From Octopus sinensis (lineage: Eukaryota): a stretch of DNA of 64,000 nucleotides. Location: assembly GCF_006345805.1 (NCBI RefSeq), contig NC_043014.1, positions 18,538,001-18,602,000 of the forward strand, written 5' to 3'. Shown one piece after another: positions 27,162 to 39,402 of the stretch. Under the pieces are notes generated by a model. The model was not told the origin of the DNA. It saw only the letters and a list, made by a program, of their open reading frames with translations, and ran no database searches. Numbering within the stretch: position 1 is the stretch's first letter; each line of letters opens with the position of its first letter. The translations under genes were made by a program, and so were the position numbers.

Positions 27162-27269
27162 TAATGCGAAACTTCAAGTGGTGACTCAGTAAGCGATTCA
27201 CACTTTCACATATAGTTTTAAGGAATAAGATATACTTATATTACTTATATAAGCATATATATATATATA

Positions 27270-27315
<46 letters not shown>

Positions 27316-27321
27316 CGTAAA

Positions 27322-27357
<36 letters not shown>

Positions 27358-27490
27358 TAATGCGAAACTTCAAGTGGTGACTCAGTAAGCGATTCACACT
27401 TTCACATATAGTTTTAAGGAATAAGATATACTTATATTACTTATATAAGCATATATATATATAAAAATATATATATATATATAATATATA
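27119..27490. repeat. Tandem duplication, period about 192 bp, bounded by (TA)n/(TACA)n
   Basis: atacgtaaatac...gcgaaacttcaagtggtgactcagtaagcg...ataagcatat occurs at 27121 and 27313. Confidence 0.95.
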
Positions 27491-27506
27491 TATATATATA
27501 CATATA

Positions 27507-27539
<33 letters not shown>

Positions 27540-28058
27540 ACATATATACATATACATATATACATATACATATATACATATATATTTGTGTGTGTGCGTG
27601 AGTCTGCGCGTTTGTGTTGTGTGTGCGTGTGTGTGTGTGTGTCTGTGGGTAGATAAATATTTTTCGGGGAATGATATTTCTATGCTTAATGTGTTATACA
27701 TTTCCTATAAAGAAAACATTTAAACACACATATACTTACAAACCCTCACTTCAACGTATTAAATATTAATGCATTATCTACAGAGACATTACTTGAACAC
27801 ACGCATACACACCCGCTGACGTATACATAAACACATAAAGTATATAAATTGATATGAGTTTACACGTACATCTTTGAGTGGGTGTTTGCCTGAGTTTTTC
27901 TTAAGTACAAAAGCCATTCCAAAATCTTGTGTGTATATATATTCTATATTTTTTCATTTTTGTAAATATACTGTATACGGCGTGGAATGTATGTTTGTAT
28001 GAATGGTATTGCTTAATGCGTAAATGAATGTGCTTGCAAAGTGTATATTAAATACATG

Positions 28059-28144
<86 letters not shown>

Positions 28145-28302
28145 CATACATACATATATACATATATACATACGTACATATATATAATATCTATATATAC
28201 ACATACACAGAGACACACACATTCACACAAATACACACATACACACACACATATATATATATATGTATTTTTGTAGATATGTGAATATAGTATATATATA
28301 GC

Positions 28303-28344
<42 letters not shown>

Positions 28345-28841
28345 TTACACACACACACTTATTCACACACACACACACACACTTATATAGATATTTTTAT
28401 CACACACATATCGTTTATATTACATGTTTAACACCAATTTATAGAACTACTTGAAGGTAGCTTTAAACGTATCTCATAAAGCGGTCTTGTTTTTATCACC
28501 ATATATATATTAATATTTTTTCAATCACCATCATACCATCGTCGCTGTCGTCGTCGTTGTCATCGTCATTGTCGTCGTCGTCCTCGTCGTCATCATCATC
28601 ATCATCATCGTCACTACAAACTTATTTGTAATACTAATATTATTACTCTTATGATATATCTTCACTTTATCATTATCGTTGCTGCAAAAAACTTCAAATT
28701 ACTTGTATAATATATGATTAATGCATACATACATAAATACATACATACATATACACACATATATATGTATATATATGTGTACATAAATATGTATATATAT
28801 ATGTGTGTGTTTGTGTGTGCACAAATACGTATATATACATG

Positions 28842-28909
<68 letters not shown>

Positions 28910-29051
28910 TACCTGTATATCTAGAAAAGTAGAGAGTAAAAGAGATACATTCATATGAGTAGCAGGGGCATTCACACGCACTCGCAAACACAGACACACA
29001 CATTCTCTCTCTCTCTCTCTATTCTACACACGCTTATTATATTCTTGTCAG

Positions 29052-29162
29052 AGAAGGAACGTGAGTATGATTCTTTGAAATTAGATGTCATGTGTGGCGT
29101 AATGAACATGATAAATGCATTGGTTCTTAGAGACAAGGAACCTGCTCTGAAAGAACTAATAG
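29052..29162 (+). CDS. Candidate host coding exon (111 nt, phase 1-1), product unknown
   Basis: Pyrimidine tract plus ttcttgtcag acceptor; AG|gtagaa donor. Open frame (E)KEREYDSLKLDVMCGVMNMINALVLRDKEPALKELI in a non-repetitive island. Confidence 0.4.
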
Positions 29163-29231
29163 GTAGAATTAGCCGAAACATCAAAGACACTTATTCCTTA
29201 GCTGTACTTTCATGTATATGTTTATATATAT

Positions 29232-29265
<34 letters not shown>

Positions 29266-29415
29266 GTCTTTTACTTTGTTGATCATCTTATTTTGTTATC
29301 TTTTCAGCGAAAAAGAAATTGCATATAAGGCGAAAAAAATATATGCAATGTTCTATATTTTTGTTATTTTCTCTTGTTGCTTGTTTTTCGTAATATATTT
29401 GGAGATGAGAAATGA

Positions 29416-29447
<32 letters not shown>

Positions 29448-29472
29448 TATATATATATATATATCTATCTAT

Positions 29473-29521
<49 letters not shown>

Positions 29522-29979
29522 TATATCTATCTATATATATATATATCTATCTATATATATATATATCTATCTATATATATATATATCATCTATCTATCTG
29601 CCTTCCTCTCTCTCCCCTCTCCCTCCCTTTCTCTTTGCCTTTCTCCCTTCCTTTCTCTTTTTATCTCCCTCTCTCTTTCTTTCCCCTCTCTCTCTTTATC
29701 TCTTCTCTGTCTCTCTATCCCTCACACACACACACACTCTCTCTCTCTGGCTGACTGTTTGCCTATCTGTGTATGTATTGAATCTACTTATCTACATATA
29801 TGAAAATCTATATATTCTTTCTTTCTTTCCTTCATTCTATTTCTCTCGTCCGCTCCCGTTCTCTATCTTTATATATATACATATATATAAGTACATACAT
29901 ACACACACGCACACACACTCACGCACACACATACACACACACATACACACGCACACACACACACATATATATCGTTCGT

Positions 29980-32620
29980 AAATATAAATCCGAAAGAAGA
30001 AGTACACTCTAAGTTATAGAGCGGTATATATTAAAGTTAGATAAGTCTGGTTTATGGGATTACCTTAGGTTTCACGTCCATGGCGTATTATCACATCCCA
30101 AAACCTATTGACTAAACGCCTCTTTAACGAGTGGTCTCTCTAGAATATTGAGGAGGAAATGACGCCCTTACTCAATATCAAAAATGAGGATTGTCCCACC
30201 TTGGCTATCGATCACCGATGTCAAGAAGGGTAATTGTATGCCTTTAGCTATCGATCGCCGGTGACCCTGTTATCCCGTGTGTTGCAAGAGGTTAGTAGAA
30301 ATTTCCAGATAGATAGATGATAGAAGACACTTTTTCTGGAATTCAGCATCAATCCTTGGGTCGAAGGAGTCCATTAGCATCCTTGCCTGTTCCGCTATGC
30401 ATAACTTACAGCGATTAGTCCCGTTAATGTAGGGCCTGGAGTTTCTAGGATTTTCCTTCATATAGTGTATGGAACCCTGTTGTTTATCAGCTGCCAAACA
30501 TGGTTGGCTAGTAACGTTACGAATCACTTTCCTGCTATCCTCAAGGAGGATCTATGGCTGGAGAGGCAGTGTTTGAACGACTTCCCGGAACAGCGGAAGT
30601 ATCTCGGTGGTCAGGTGTTGGCAGTGGTGTGTCTGTTAGTGTTGGCGTCACTGCCACCGTTGTTGCTTGAACTGGCGCTGTTGGTGGTAGCGCTGCCGGT
30701 GTTGGTGTCATTGGAGGTCGCTATGGCCATCGCTATTGATGGAAGCGCTGTCATTGCTGTTGTAGATGTCATTGGTGATGTCTCTGCTGCTATTTCTGTT
30801 AGGGATATTGCAATTGATGTCGTCGCTGTTATTGTTATTATCGCTGGCGATGGTACCACGGCTGCTGCTATTGGAAGTGTCGAGCCTGCTGCTGCAGCCG
30901 TAGCCGTTTAGGGAAGCTGCTGCTGCTGTTGTCGTTGGGGATACTGTCATTATTGTTGCTGATGTTGTTATTGTTGTTATTGATGGCGGTGGTTCTGTTG
31001 GTTCTGTTTGCATTGCTGGTGCTGCTATTATTAGTACTGACGTCCCTGCTACTATGGTCGCCGTTAGGAGAGCTACTGATATTGCTGCTGCAAGGGTCTG
31101 CCAGTACTTCAGCTTCATAGACAACTCCCTTGGTTTTGCAGTGGCCCCCTCACCAGGCACCTGCTGCGGTCCCTGCATGAACATCCTGCCTCCGCTCGTC
31201 GTCTAGGGGGGGGGGGCTAACGAGAATGCTCTTAATATTGAGTGCACTGCTAAAAGAGACCCTAAAGTTGTGCCTGTTGAAAATGCGTTCGTGTCTATGT
31301 GAACTGGTGAAATGTTTATCTACTAACTTGAGGAATATCCTACCTACAGATATTTTTACGTTAAAAGAGAAGAGGGGGGGAAACCAAATAATATTTCTGT
31401 GGCGCTTCTTTCTAAGGATGTTGGGGCCCCTCATGTAGGAGATGCAGTCCCTAAATCCGCTAGCAGTAAGCTCCCCGTTATAGTAGGGGACTGCTGAATC
31501 AAAACTCTCTTGGCTGGAGGAAAGGTTAGTGACCCTCAAGCTAACACTCGTGACCAGGTTTTTAAACACGATGGTTGAGAAACAGAAGGCTGTGTTCATG
31601 TACGTTAGCCTCTCATATGGCATGCGGTCGGGCCCGTACGTACCGGAGCCCAAGTCGAACGTGACGTCTAAGAAGTCCGCGGGGGTGAGGTTGGTCTCGA
31701 TGATGATCATTAATACTATAGGAAAGTGCGCTAATTAGATCTTTCCTACGCCTGCCTAGTGTGTGGCCGTTTTCGCCTCTAGAGATGCACAGGGCAATAT
31801 CTCTGTAGAGACCAAAGAGGATATAGGGGAGATTTTTCTTAAGGGTATCAAGGATATACAACCCGATGTGGTCACATACATCAGCGATGTCGAAGGCCTC
31901 CATCGCTACATCAAAGGCGACCGCGGTGTCGGATTGCTTGACCCAGGTCGAACCTTTATTGAACAGCACTGTTTTTCTGGGTGCTTGACGTCTATATCCC
32001 TGTCGCTAACGCCACTGAAGCCCCTAGCGAATGAAAGCGCCTTGACCAGTAACCCTTGTGATATACATAGGTAAAAATCAACTATGTCGAACTGGGTGAA
32101 CCTTGCTTTGCCTCTTCCCTTGTTGGTGTTAAACCATGCCGTCACTTCGTTAGTACTACGCCATAGGGAAAGGTCGGTGGCTCTCCATATGTCGTTATTG
32201 ATTTTTCTCAACATATGCTTGCTCGCCAGACCGATATCGGATTTGGCCGGGTTAATCAGGCGGCATTTAATATTTGAGGCAAATTGCGGTTTATGATCTT
32301 TGATAGTAATAAAGTCGTTCCTTTTAGCTAAGATGTCTACCTCATCATCTATATCTAGGTCGTTGGCTAATTTTTTGACTATTGTAATCACGTTTGTTGG
32401 TTCCTCGTCAGGGAAACGTTGTTGTGTTGCATTTGTTAAATAATTGTAAACCGTAACCCTCCCCCTTTCGGAGAAGGGGCTTTGGTTATTGTTTAAAAAT
32501 TGAATTGTGTCCCTGTTTGGGGAAATTGACTATATTTTCACCGTCTTTACGGAAGCATTTTTGTTAAAATGCCTTCGATAGAAGAAAGTCCAAAAATGAA
32601 TTTCGCTGCAGCCGTACACT
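29980..32620 (-). mobile_element. Penelope-like retroelement, Naiad-type, near-complete RT + GIY-YIG, frameshifted
   Basis: FITIKDHKPQF...CRLINPAKSDIG; FTQFDIVDFY; FDVAMEAFD; GLYRD; DFLDVTFDL; RHRNIIWFPP; CSCRDRSRCLV.G-HCKTKGVVYEA; YFRCSGKSFK; NHVWQL; RPYINGTNRCKLCIAE. Visibly GC-richer than the flanks. Confidence 0.92.
30056..30099 (-). ncRNA. Minimal type I hammerhead ribozyme (degenerate core) in the 3' region of the PLE
   Basis: Minus strand: gggat-GTGATAA-tacgccatggacgt-GAA-acc-taa-ggt-A-atccc. Stems I, II and III all pair; the core differs from CUGAUGA at C3 and G8. Confidence 0.7.
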
Positions 32621-32858
32621 TCTATACAAGAGGGAGGACAAGATCCAATTGATCGAAATTGCAAGAGACGGGCCTACAATTCCAGTCTGTTATATATTTT
32701 GAGTATTGTTATCACTACCGATATCAAGATATAACTTTGTATTTTATGTGTAGATGCATTTATATAGATGTGCATGTAATATGTACACATATATATACAC
32801 ATATATACATGCATAATATATCTACCCATACACACATACACACACACACATACATAGT

Positions 32859-32995
32859 GGCAAGTGTGGCTGTGTGGTAACAAACTACGTTCCAAACACA
32901 TGGTCCTGGGTTCAGTCCCACTGTGTGGTGACTTGGCATGTGTCTTCTGCTGTAGCCGCAGACCAACAAAATTCTTCTCAGTGGATTTTGTACAT
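32859..32995 (+). mobile_element. tRNA-derived SINE (family A), 5' part
   Basis: gtgtggctgtgtggtaa...ctgggttcagtcccactg head. Confidence 0.8.
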
Positions 32996-33327
32996 ATATA
33001 CAGGCATACATACATATATATACATGTATACGTACATATTCGGCATAAACACTCTACCACTACAACTAATAACTGCTGGGAACACTTTCAAACCTGCCTT
33101 ACATTCGAACCGGAATCTCAAAAACATTGTTTCCTTACATCTCATTCTCATTTTATTCCCAACACAGGGATATAAAACTTACTTTTCACTACGGGACAAT
33201 GGATGATGGTAACAGATATTTACCACATGCTATCTTATCAAGTGAAGTATATTGTCATCCATTTCACCTCTAACCTTCATAGCGTACGGACAATTCAAAC
33301 GTCCCCACATCACTATACCACCACTGA

Positions 33328-34035
33328 TCCCTGCATCCTTCTAGCTCACAATGGGATGCAACTTTAGGAGAGGCTGCTTTATCACAATCACCTAAAAGTC
33401 TCAGGGCACTATTTGCAGTATTACTACAGGCATGCGAACTGTGTGATCCGGCCACTCTATGGCTCAAATATAGAGACAACCTGGCTGAAGACTTTCAGCG
33501 CCAAGCTCAACTGCTCTATCCTGACATGGAGAGCATCAGCAATGAAATCTATAACAAAACACTCATTGACATTGAAGACAGAGTTGCTGAACTGGGTGGA
33601 AATGAATTGTCGACGTATGGCCTGCCACAAGCATTCAGGTCAGGGTCAATTAGCCTTCCCACTGCTGTCATTCGTGAAACAACCTACGACACTCAAGCGC
33701 TTTCAAAGTACATTGTTGAAAATAAGGTTAAATTACTTCCGGACCAGCTGCAGGCCTACAGAACTATTCTTAACAGTGTACGCCAACGCGAGGGACGAAT
33801 CTTCTTCCTCAATGCTCCTGGAGGGACAGGAAAAACATTTATTACAAAGCTTCTCCTTGCAGAAGTTAGGCAGCATCAGGACATTGCAGTAGCTGTAGCC
33901 TCTTCTGGCATTGCAGCTACTTTGTTACTCGGTGGCAGGACAGCACACTCAACTTTTAAACTCCCTCTCAATTTAGCAGCATCCGAAATGCCTTCATGCA
34001 TTTTGGCCGCCATGGGTTTTGCAGTAAATCACTAA
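33328..34035 (+). mobile_element. Helitron RepHel internal fragment (Pif1-type helicase N-terminal part), stop-free
   Basis: The frame is open from 33328: QWDATLGEAA...LRALFAVLLQAC...LWLKYRDNLAED, then FFLNAPGGTGKTF (motif I) and VASSGIAATLLLGGRTAHSTFKLP (motif Ia). Homology ends near 33995. Confidence 0.92.
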
Positions 34036-34348
34036 ATCATCCATAACTTTTGTATTAGCCTCTCAAATTACACCAACATCTCAGGCAAAAACAAATAATA
34101 TTGTATTTATTGTCTGTGAAAATTATAGAATATAAAACAACTTTGACAAAAACATATACTTACTTTTCTGACGAAAACAATGCCGTTCTGAACAGTTTGG
34201 CCGCAACTGTATATATGAGTATGTGAGTGTTCATGTGTGTCTGTAAACGTAGATATGAGTAAATATCGTGTCGATATCTTAAAACTTGCTTTGAAATGAT
34301 AAATCCAGATTAACAACCACATTGCTTCATTTCCCAATGTAGGTCACC

Positions 34349-34407
34349 GATATACTATTCAGTCGCCCCTTGTGGGTAATAAAAAAAAATCAGATATACT
34401 ATTCAGT
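34349..34407 (+). mobile_element. 29-bp retroposed tail flanked by a 15-bp target-site duplication
   Basis: gatatactattcagt at 34349-34363 and 34393-34407 flanks cgccccttgtgggtaataaaaaaaaatca, which matches the SINE tail at 39401-39420 (minus). Confidence 0.8.
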
Positions 34408-35641
34408 GATACCACTAGTCAAAACAATTGTAATTGTAATTACTGTGGTTAGAGGTGGGAATCTTCTTAGATATATATCTTAAAGAAAACTGGGAAGTCG
34501 TATATAATAACCTCCCTTTGGAACTATATGACATTGGCAGTTCCCCCCCCCCCTTATTTTATTGTATCGGTTACTTACTCGGATTACCTCGATCTGAACG
34601 TAGGCGTATTGAGAGAATTCGGTTGTTCTAAATTTCTCAGATCAACCTTCTGGAAGTTGAATAACATGTATCATAATTCCGATCTTTTTTGTGTGTGTCT
34701 TGTCTCCACTACTCGAACCTCGGCAACCACATAATTCCTTATTTTTCCCTTTTCTCTCTTTTCACCTTAATTCTATCCTTCATTAACAACTGAGAGAGGG
34801 AGAGAGAGAGAGAGAATGAATGAATAATAGATAGATATACAGACAGATAGATAGATAAAGAGAGAAGGAAAGGGAGGGAGAGAGAGGAAGAGAGAAAAAG
34901 TGGAATAGATTGAGGGAGAGAATATGAATGACAAATAGATAGATAGAGAGGGAAAGATAGTGAGGGAAAGAGAGAGAGAGAGAGAGAGGGGAGATATGAC
35001 CGATAAGAACTATATCGAAATTCGTTATGCACACGTGAACCCAAACACACACTTCTCTATGCAAAAACATTCTCAAAATTACACATATACACAAACAAGA
35101 AAAGACAAACACTTGAATATATTAGACTGTTGCACATTAAACAGAAATCCTTCGGCATTGAGGAATCACATTCAATTCTGTTACTTCCGTCAGCTACGTC
35201 TACCATTTTCGACACTTCACTCAGTTATGTTTCTTTGAGAAGGGACTTTTGCTTGAAACGCTAAAGAATCACCTTCTATTTTCTGAATGCACTTACAAAT
35301 ACGTAGGAGTAGATGAAATCAGTAAGATAAGAAACCCTGCAGTGAAGGAGAATATTAAGAAAAAATTACTGCATTAGATTCAAACTAAGATTACTATCTG
35401 AATACAGAGCTAGAAATATCATTTTATACACACACAGGCACACACATACACACACACACAGACACCACATACACATATTCATAACACCATGCATGTATGT
35501 ATTACCATTTCGATTACTCTCGACATTTCATCACGATGAACTGTTAAAGTGTAGTGGAGAAATTGAGCAGAAAATGAGAAAATGAAAAGGAATTCCTTAA
35601 AAATCATTAACGGCATGTATTTATGCACATATACACACACG

Positions 35642-35775
<134 letters not shown>

Positions 35776-35784
35776 TATACATAT

Positions 35785-36027
35785 TCTCTTTTACTCTTTT
35801 ACTTGTTTCAGTCATTTGACTTTGACTACGGCAATGCTGGAGCACCGTCTTTAGTCGAGTAAATCGAACCCAGGACGTATTCTTTGTAAGCCTAGTACTT
35901 ATTCTATCGGTCTCTTTTGCCGAACCGCTAAGTTACGGGGACGTAAACACACCAGCATCGGTTGCCAAGCGATGCTGTGGGGGACAAACACAGAAACACA
36001 AACATAGCAGACACACACACACACACA

Positions 36028-36064
<37 letters not shown>

Positions 36065-36228
36065 GACGGGCTTCTTTCAGTTTCCGTCTATCAAATCCTC
36101 TCACAAGGCTTTGGTCGGCCCGAGGCTACATAGTAGGAGACACTTGCTCAAGGTGCTAAGCAGTGGGACTGAACCCGGAACCATGAGGTTCGTAAGCATT
36201 CTACTTAACACACAGCCACTCCTACGCC
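35785..36228 (-). mobile_element. tRNA-derived SINE (family A), full length with internal (CA)/(TA) microsatellite
   Basis: Head ggcgtaggagtggctgtgtgttaag, B-box-like ggttcagtcc, and (AAGAGTA)n tail. Matches 54275-54702. Confidence 0.9.
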
Positions 36229-36289
36229 TATATATATATATATATCACCCCAAAGCTGCTATTGATATAGTCTACCTACGCTGCACGCA

Positions 36290-38010
36290 CAGAGGATGGG
36301 TCTGCTACAAATACGAAACTATTGCATTTGAATAAGAGTACAAGTCGAAATTTTTCGGAAGCAATATAATGAAAATTACTGTTAAAAGGAACGGAACTTC
36401 GCGAAAGAGACTGCCTCAGTGGGCTATATGATAGGGCCACTGTTTGAAGAAGACGGCTTGCTAACTGTAGATTCCAAGAGGGTGGGTGAAGCACTAGAAA
36501 AGCAATTCCAGAATGTCTTCACCTTTCCACTAGGAAACTGGCGAATGTACGAGCCTAAAGAGTTCTTCGACAGTGCAGACCTACATAGGAAAAAGGCAAC
36601 CATCGATTACATCGACATAAAAGAGGAAGATGCAATATCGGAGGGATTCCCGTTTGTTCTCTTAAAAACATAAGAAATTTTTCGCAAAACCACTGCAGAT
36701 GCTCTTTCAGAGTTTCCTTGCAAGTGGAAAATTTCTCAAACTATTGAAAGAGGGTATCATAACCCCTATCCATAAAGGAGAAATCAAAGCAGTTACTAAA
36801 AATCGCAGGCCTCTCTCTCCGACTTCAGATGTTGTCAAGGTCATAGAACTCATTGTCAGAAGGAGACTGATCACGTTCCTAGAAGAGAACTTGTTCACAA
36901 ACACACAACGTGGCTTCCACCAAGGGAGGACTTACAACACACAGCTTCTACAAGAACATGATTGGGTACTGAAACAACTGCTCAACCACTCAAATGTGGA
37001 TGTGATATATCTCGACTTTGCCAAAGCATTTCACAAAGTTGATCAAGGGATGATGTGCTACAATCTACGCGACCTTGTAATCGCTGGAAAACTGGACGAG
37101 TGGCTGCACGACTTATTAAAGGACAGAATTCAGGCTGCTTCAGCCAGTGGTGCTCTCTCTTGAGAGATATCAATCAATAGCGGAGTCCTTCATGGAACTG
37201 TACTGGGCCGACTAATGTTTGTAGCGGCTCTCGCAGACAAGCCGTCAATCGTACAGTCAGCCACTCTCACCAGCTATGCTGATGAAAACGAAGGTGTCTC
37301 AGGCGGTCAAGAACCCTAATGACATAGATAGTAAAACTACAAAATGACCGCCATGCAATATATAAATGGGCTGATGAAATTGACATGCAGTTCAACGCTG
37401 ATAAGTTTCAAACACTCCGCTATCGGTCCACACAGAGACTGCAATCGGGATACATAGGACCAGAGAAATCCCCCAGTTAGAATCGGTGCGTGACCTGGGA
37501 ATCCACATGAGTAGTGATGGATATTGCCAGGAGGGCAACATTTTGCAGGCGAGTAGGTGAATGGATCCTTCGATCATTCAGAGCCAGAAATAAGGATACC
37601 TTGCTACTCCTATGGAGGACCTTTGTTCTCAGTCGTCTGGGTTATTGATACCAGCTGTGGTTGCTGCAGAGCGTCAAGTTGGTGGCGGGACTTGAGGCAA
37701 TGCAGCGCCACTACACAAATAGGATTGACTCGGTGAAACTACTGGGAGAGGCTACAAGGACTGAAGATCTACTTTCGAGAGAGAAGGTGAGAAAAATATG
37801 CAGTGATTTACATATGGACGATTCTGGAAGACCTTGCTCCCAATTTTGGATTTAAAAGCTATACCAGCCATGGAACTGGACGGCACTGCATAATACCAAA
37901 GATATAGCGTTCTTCATCTCAAATAATGACCCAGAATTGTAACAGCTTGGGTTTCAGAGGACAACTGTTTAACATACTGCCAAGGAACCTAAAAGATCTG
38001 CAAGGTGTAG
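36290..38010 (+). mobile_element. CR1/L2/Jockey-group LINE, RT region to 3' end, pseudogenised
   Basis: ORF 36699-37163: ITPIHKG..NRRPLS, QRGFHQGR, VDVIYLDFAKAFHKV. Downstream SGVLHGTVLG, SYAD, and LFNILPRNL. Confidence 0.88.
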
Positions 38011-38024
38011 ATATATATGTACGT

Positions 38025-38217
38025 ATATGCTTCTGTGTCTGTGTTTGTTCCCCACATCACTTGCTGGTGTGTTTACGTCCACGTAACTTAGCGGTTCGGT
38101 AAAAAATCCAATAGAATATGTATTAGGCTTAGAAAGTATAAGTCCTGGGGCGATTTGTTCGATTAAAGGCGGTGCTCCACCATGGTCGCAGTCAAATGAC
38201 TGAAATAGAGAATGAAA

Positions 38218-38220
<3 letters not shown>
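38025..38220 (+). mobile_element. tRNA-derived SINE (family A), 3' half
   Basis: gctggtgtgtttacgtcc..aacttagcggttcgg...gcagtcaaatgactgaaa, complementary to 35800-35960. Confidence 0.8.
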
Positions 38221-38271
<51 letters not shown>

Positions 38272-39402
38272 CAAATTAAAATCAAGAGAACAGAGATTTA
38301 CACATCCAAGTTTCAATTTGCAGTTCGTAACATCTTTCGTCGCCAAGGCCTGCCCACGTTTACGCCGCGAGCCGGTGCACACAGTTGAATGTGCATTTTG
38401 GTGTTAATTATCGGTATAACTTCATCTGGGTCGACTTTTACTGGTGGTCGGATATCATCTGAAGGGAGGATCAGCTTGACCGGCATTATTCTCTAATGCG
38501 GTGTTAGCGTTACTAAAAACAGTCAAATACTTCGTGGACTTTATATTACCCTGACCACTCCGGAATTCATTGCTACCTTCTCTCTTAAATTAGGTCAATG
38601 CTCAAGAATATTCCTATAGTTCTTAATTCATATTGTAGCTTACCGTTCTACCTATACAGAATAGCATTCTAATTTTTTTTCAAATGCATTAAATTATGTT
38701 TTGCTTTGTTAGTGTTAGTACGAATTTCGTGTTAATATGGTAGAACCGTTAGAAGGAAGCAAAGCCAAATGGATCCCAGCAAATTTAAATTCCCTGTGCT
38801 AAAATCATGAACGGAGAGTGTGATTTAAACGGGTGGGATCAAATCTCAGCAATAAGTGACTTTAAATAATGTAAGATAATATTTAAAAAAATAATAATGC
38901 TGACATGAAGTGTAGAGTTTTTCAAATGTACAATGAAACGGCATCATCTTTTCCTGCCCACACCTTGTCAAGTTCAAATAAATATTCAGATTAAGTCGAC
39001 AGCAAGTACATTGAATCCGAAGATCGAGATCAAGTTCTTTCGCTGATATGGTATCTGAACGATAAGAATAATTTGGTGGTTCTGTCTGTATTTTTTTTTA
39101 TCATGTCCAATATTCAAATTTTTTCTGATACTGTTTTCAGCCTTGATGCCTAATTTTGGATATATGTACATTAAACATGTCTCCACCTACTTCCGAGCAG
39201 AAACTACAGAGAGGAATATCACTGTGATTTCGTTCCATCCCCTCATAATCATGTCTGAACGGTTGACATTAAAAGTCTTTTTAGTCTAGGTTGCCATATT
39301 CCGGGTGATTAATCTACATTACGTTCTCATACATTGTTTGGTTCTAGTTTATTCGATTTTTTTTTTGTTTACCTCGAATTGTTCAGATACCATATCTGTT
39401 TC

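Noticed and set aside
30300-30620. In-frame TGA codons in the Naiad nuclease as possible selenocysteine sites (some Naiads are reported to encode selenoproteins)
   Set aside because: The copy has several frameshifts, one TGA falls at a probable Trp position, none clearly aligns with a conserved Cys, and I could not identify a SECIS.
30465-30911. Plus-strand ORF rich in V/A/L resembling a membrane protein; also the TM-like MFMQGPQQ ORF at 30708-31184 (minus)
   Set aside because: These are antisense and shifted-frame readings of the low-complexity insert in the PLE nuclease.
35235-35275. Hammerhead-like ttgagaag...gaaacgct motif; a similar trace near 7105-7135
   Set aside because: Core and stem II are too degenerate to call.
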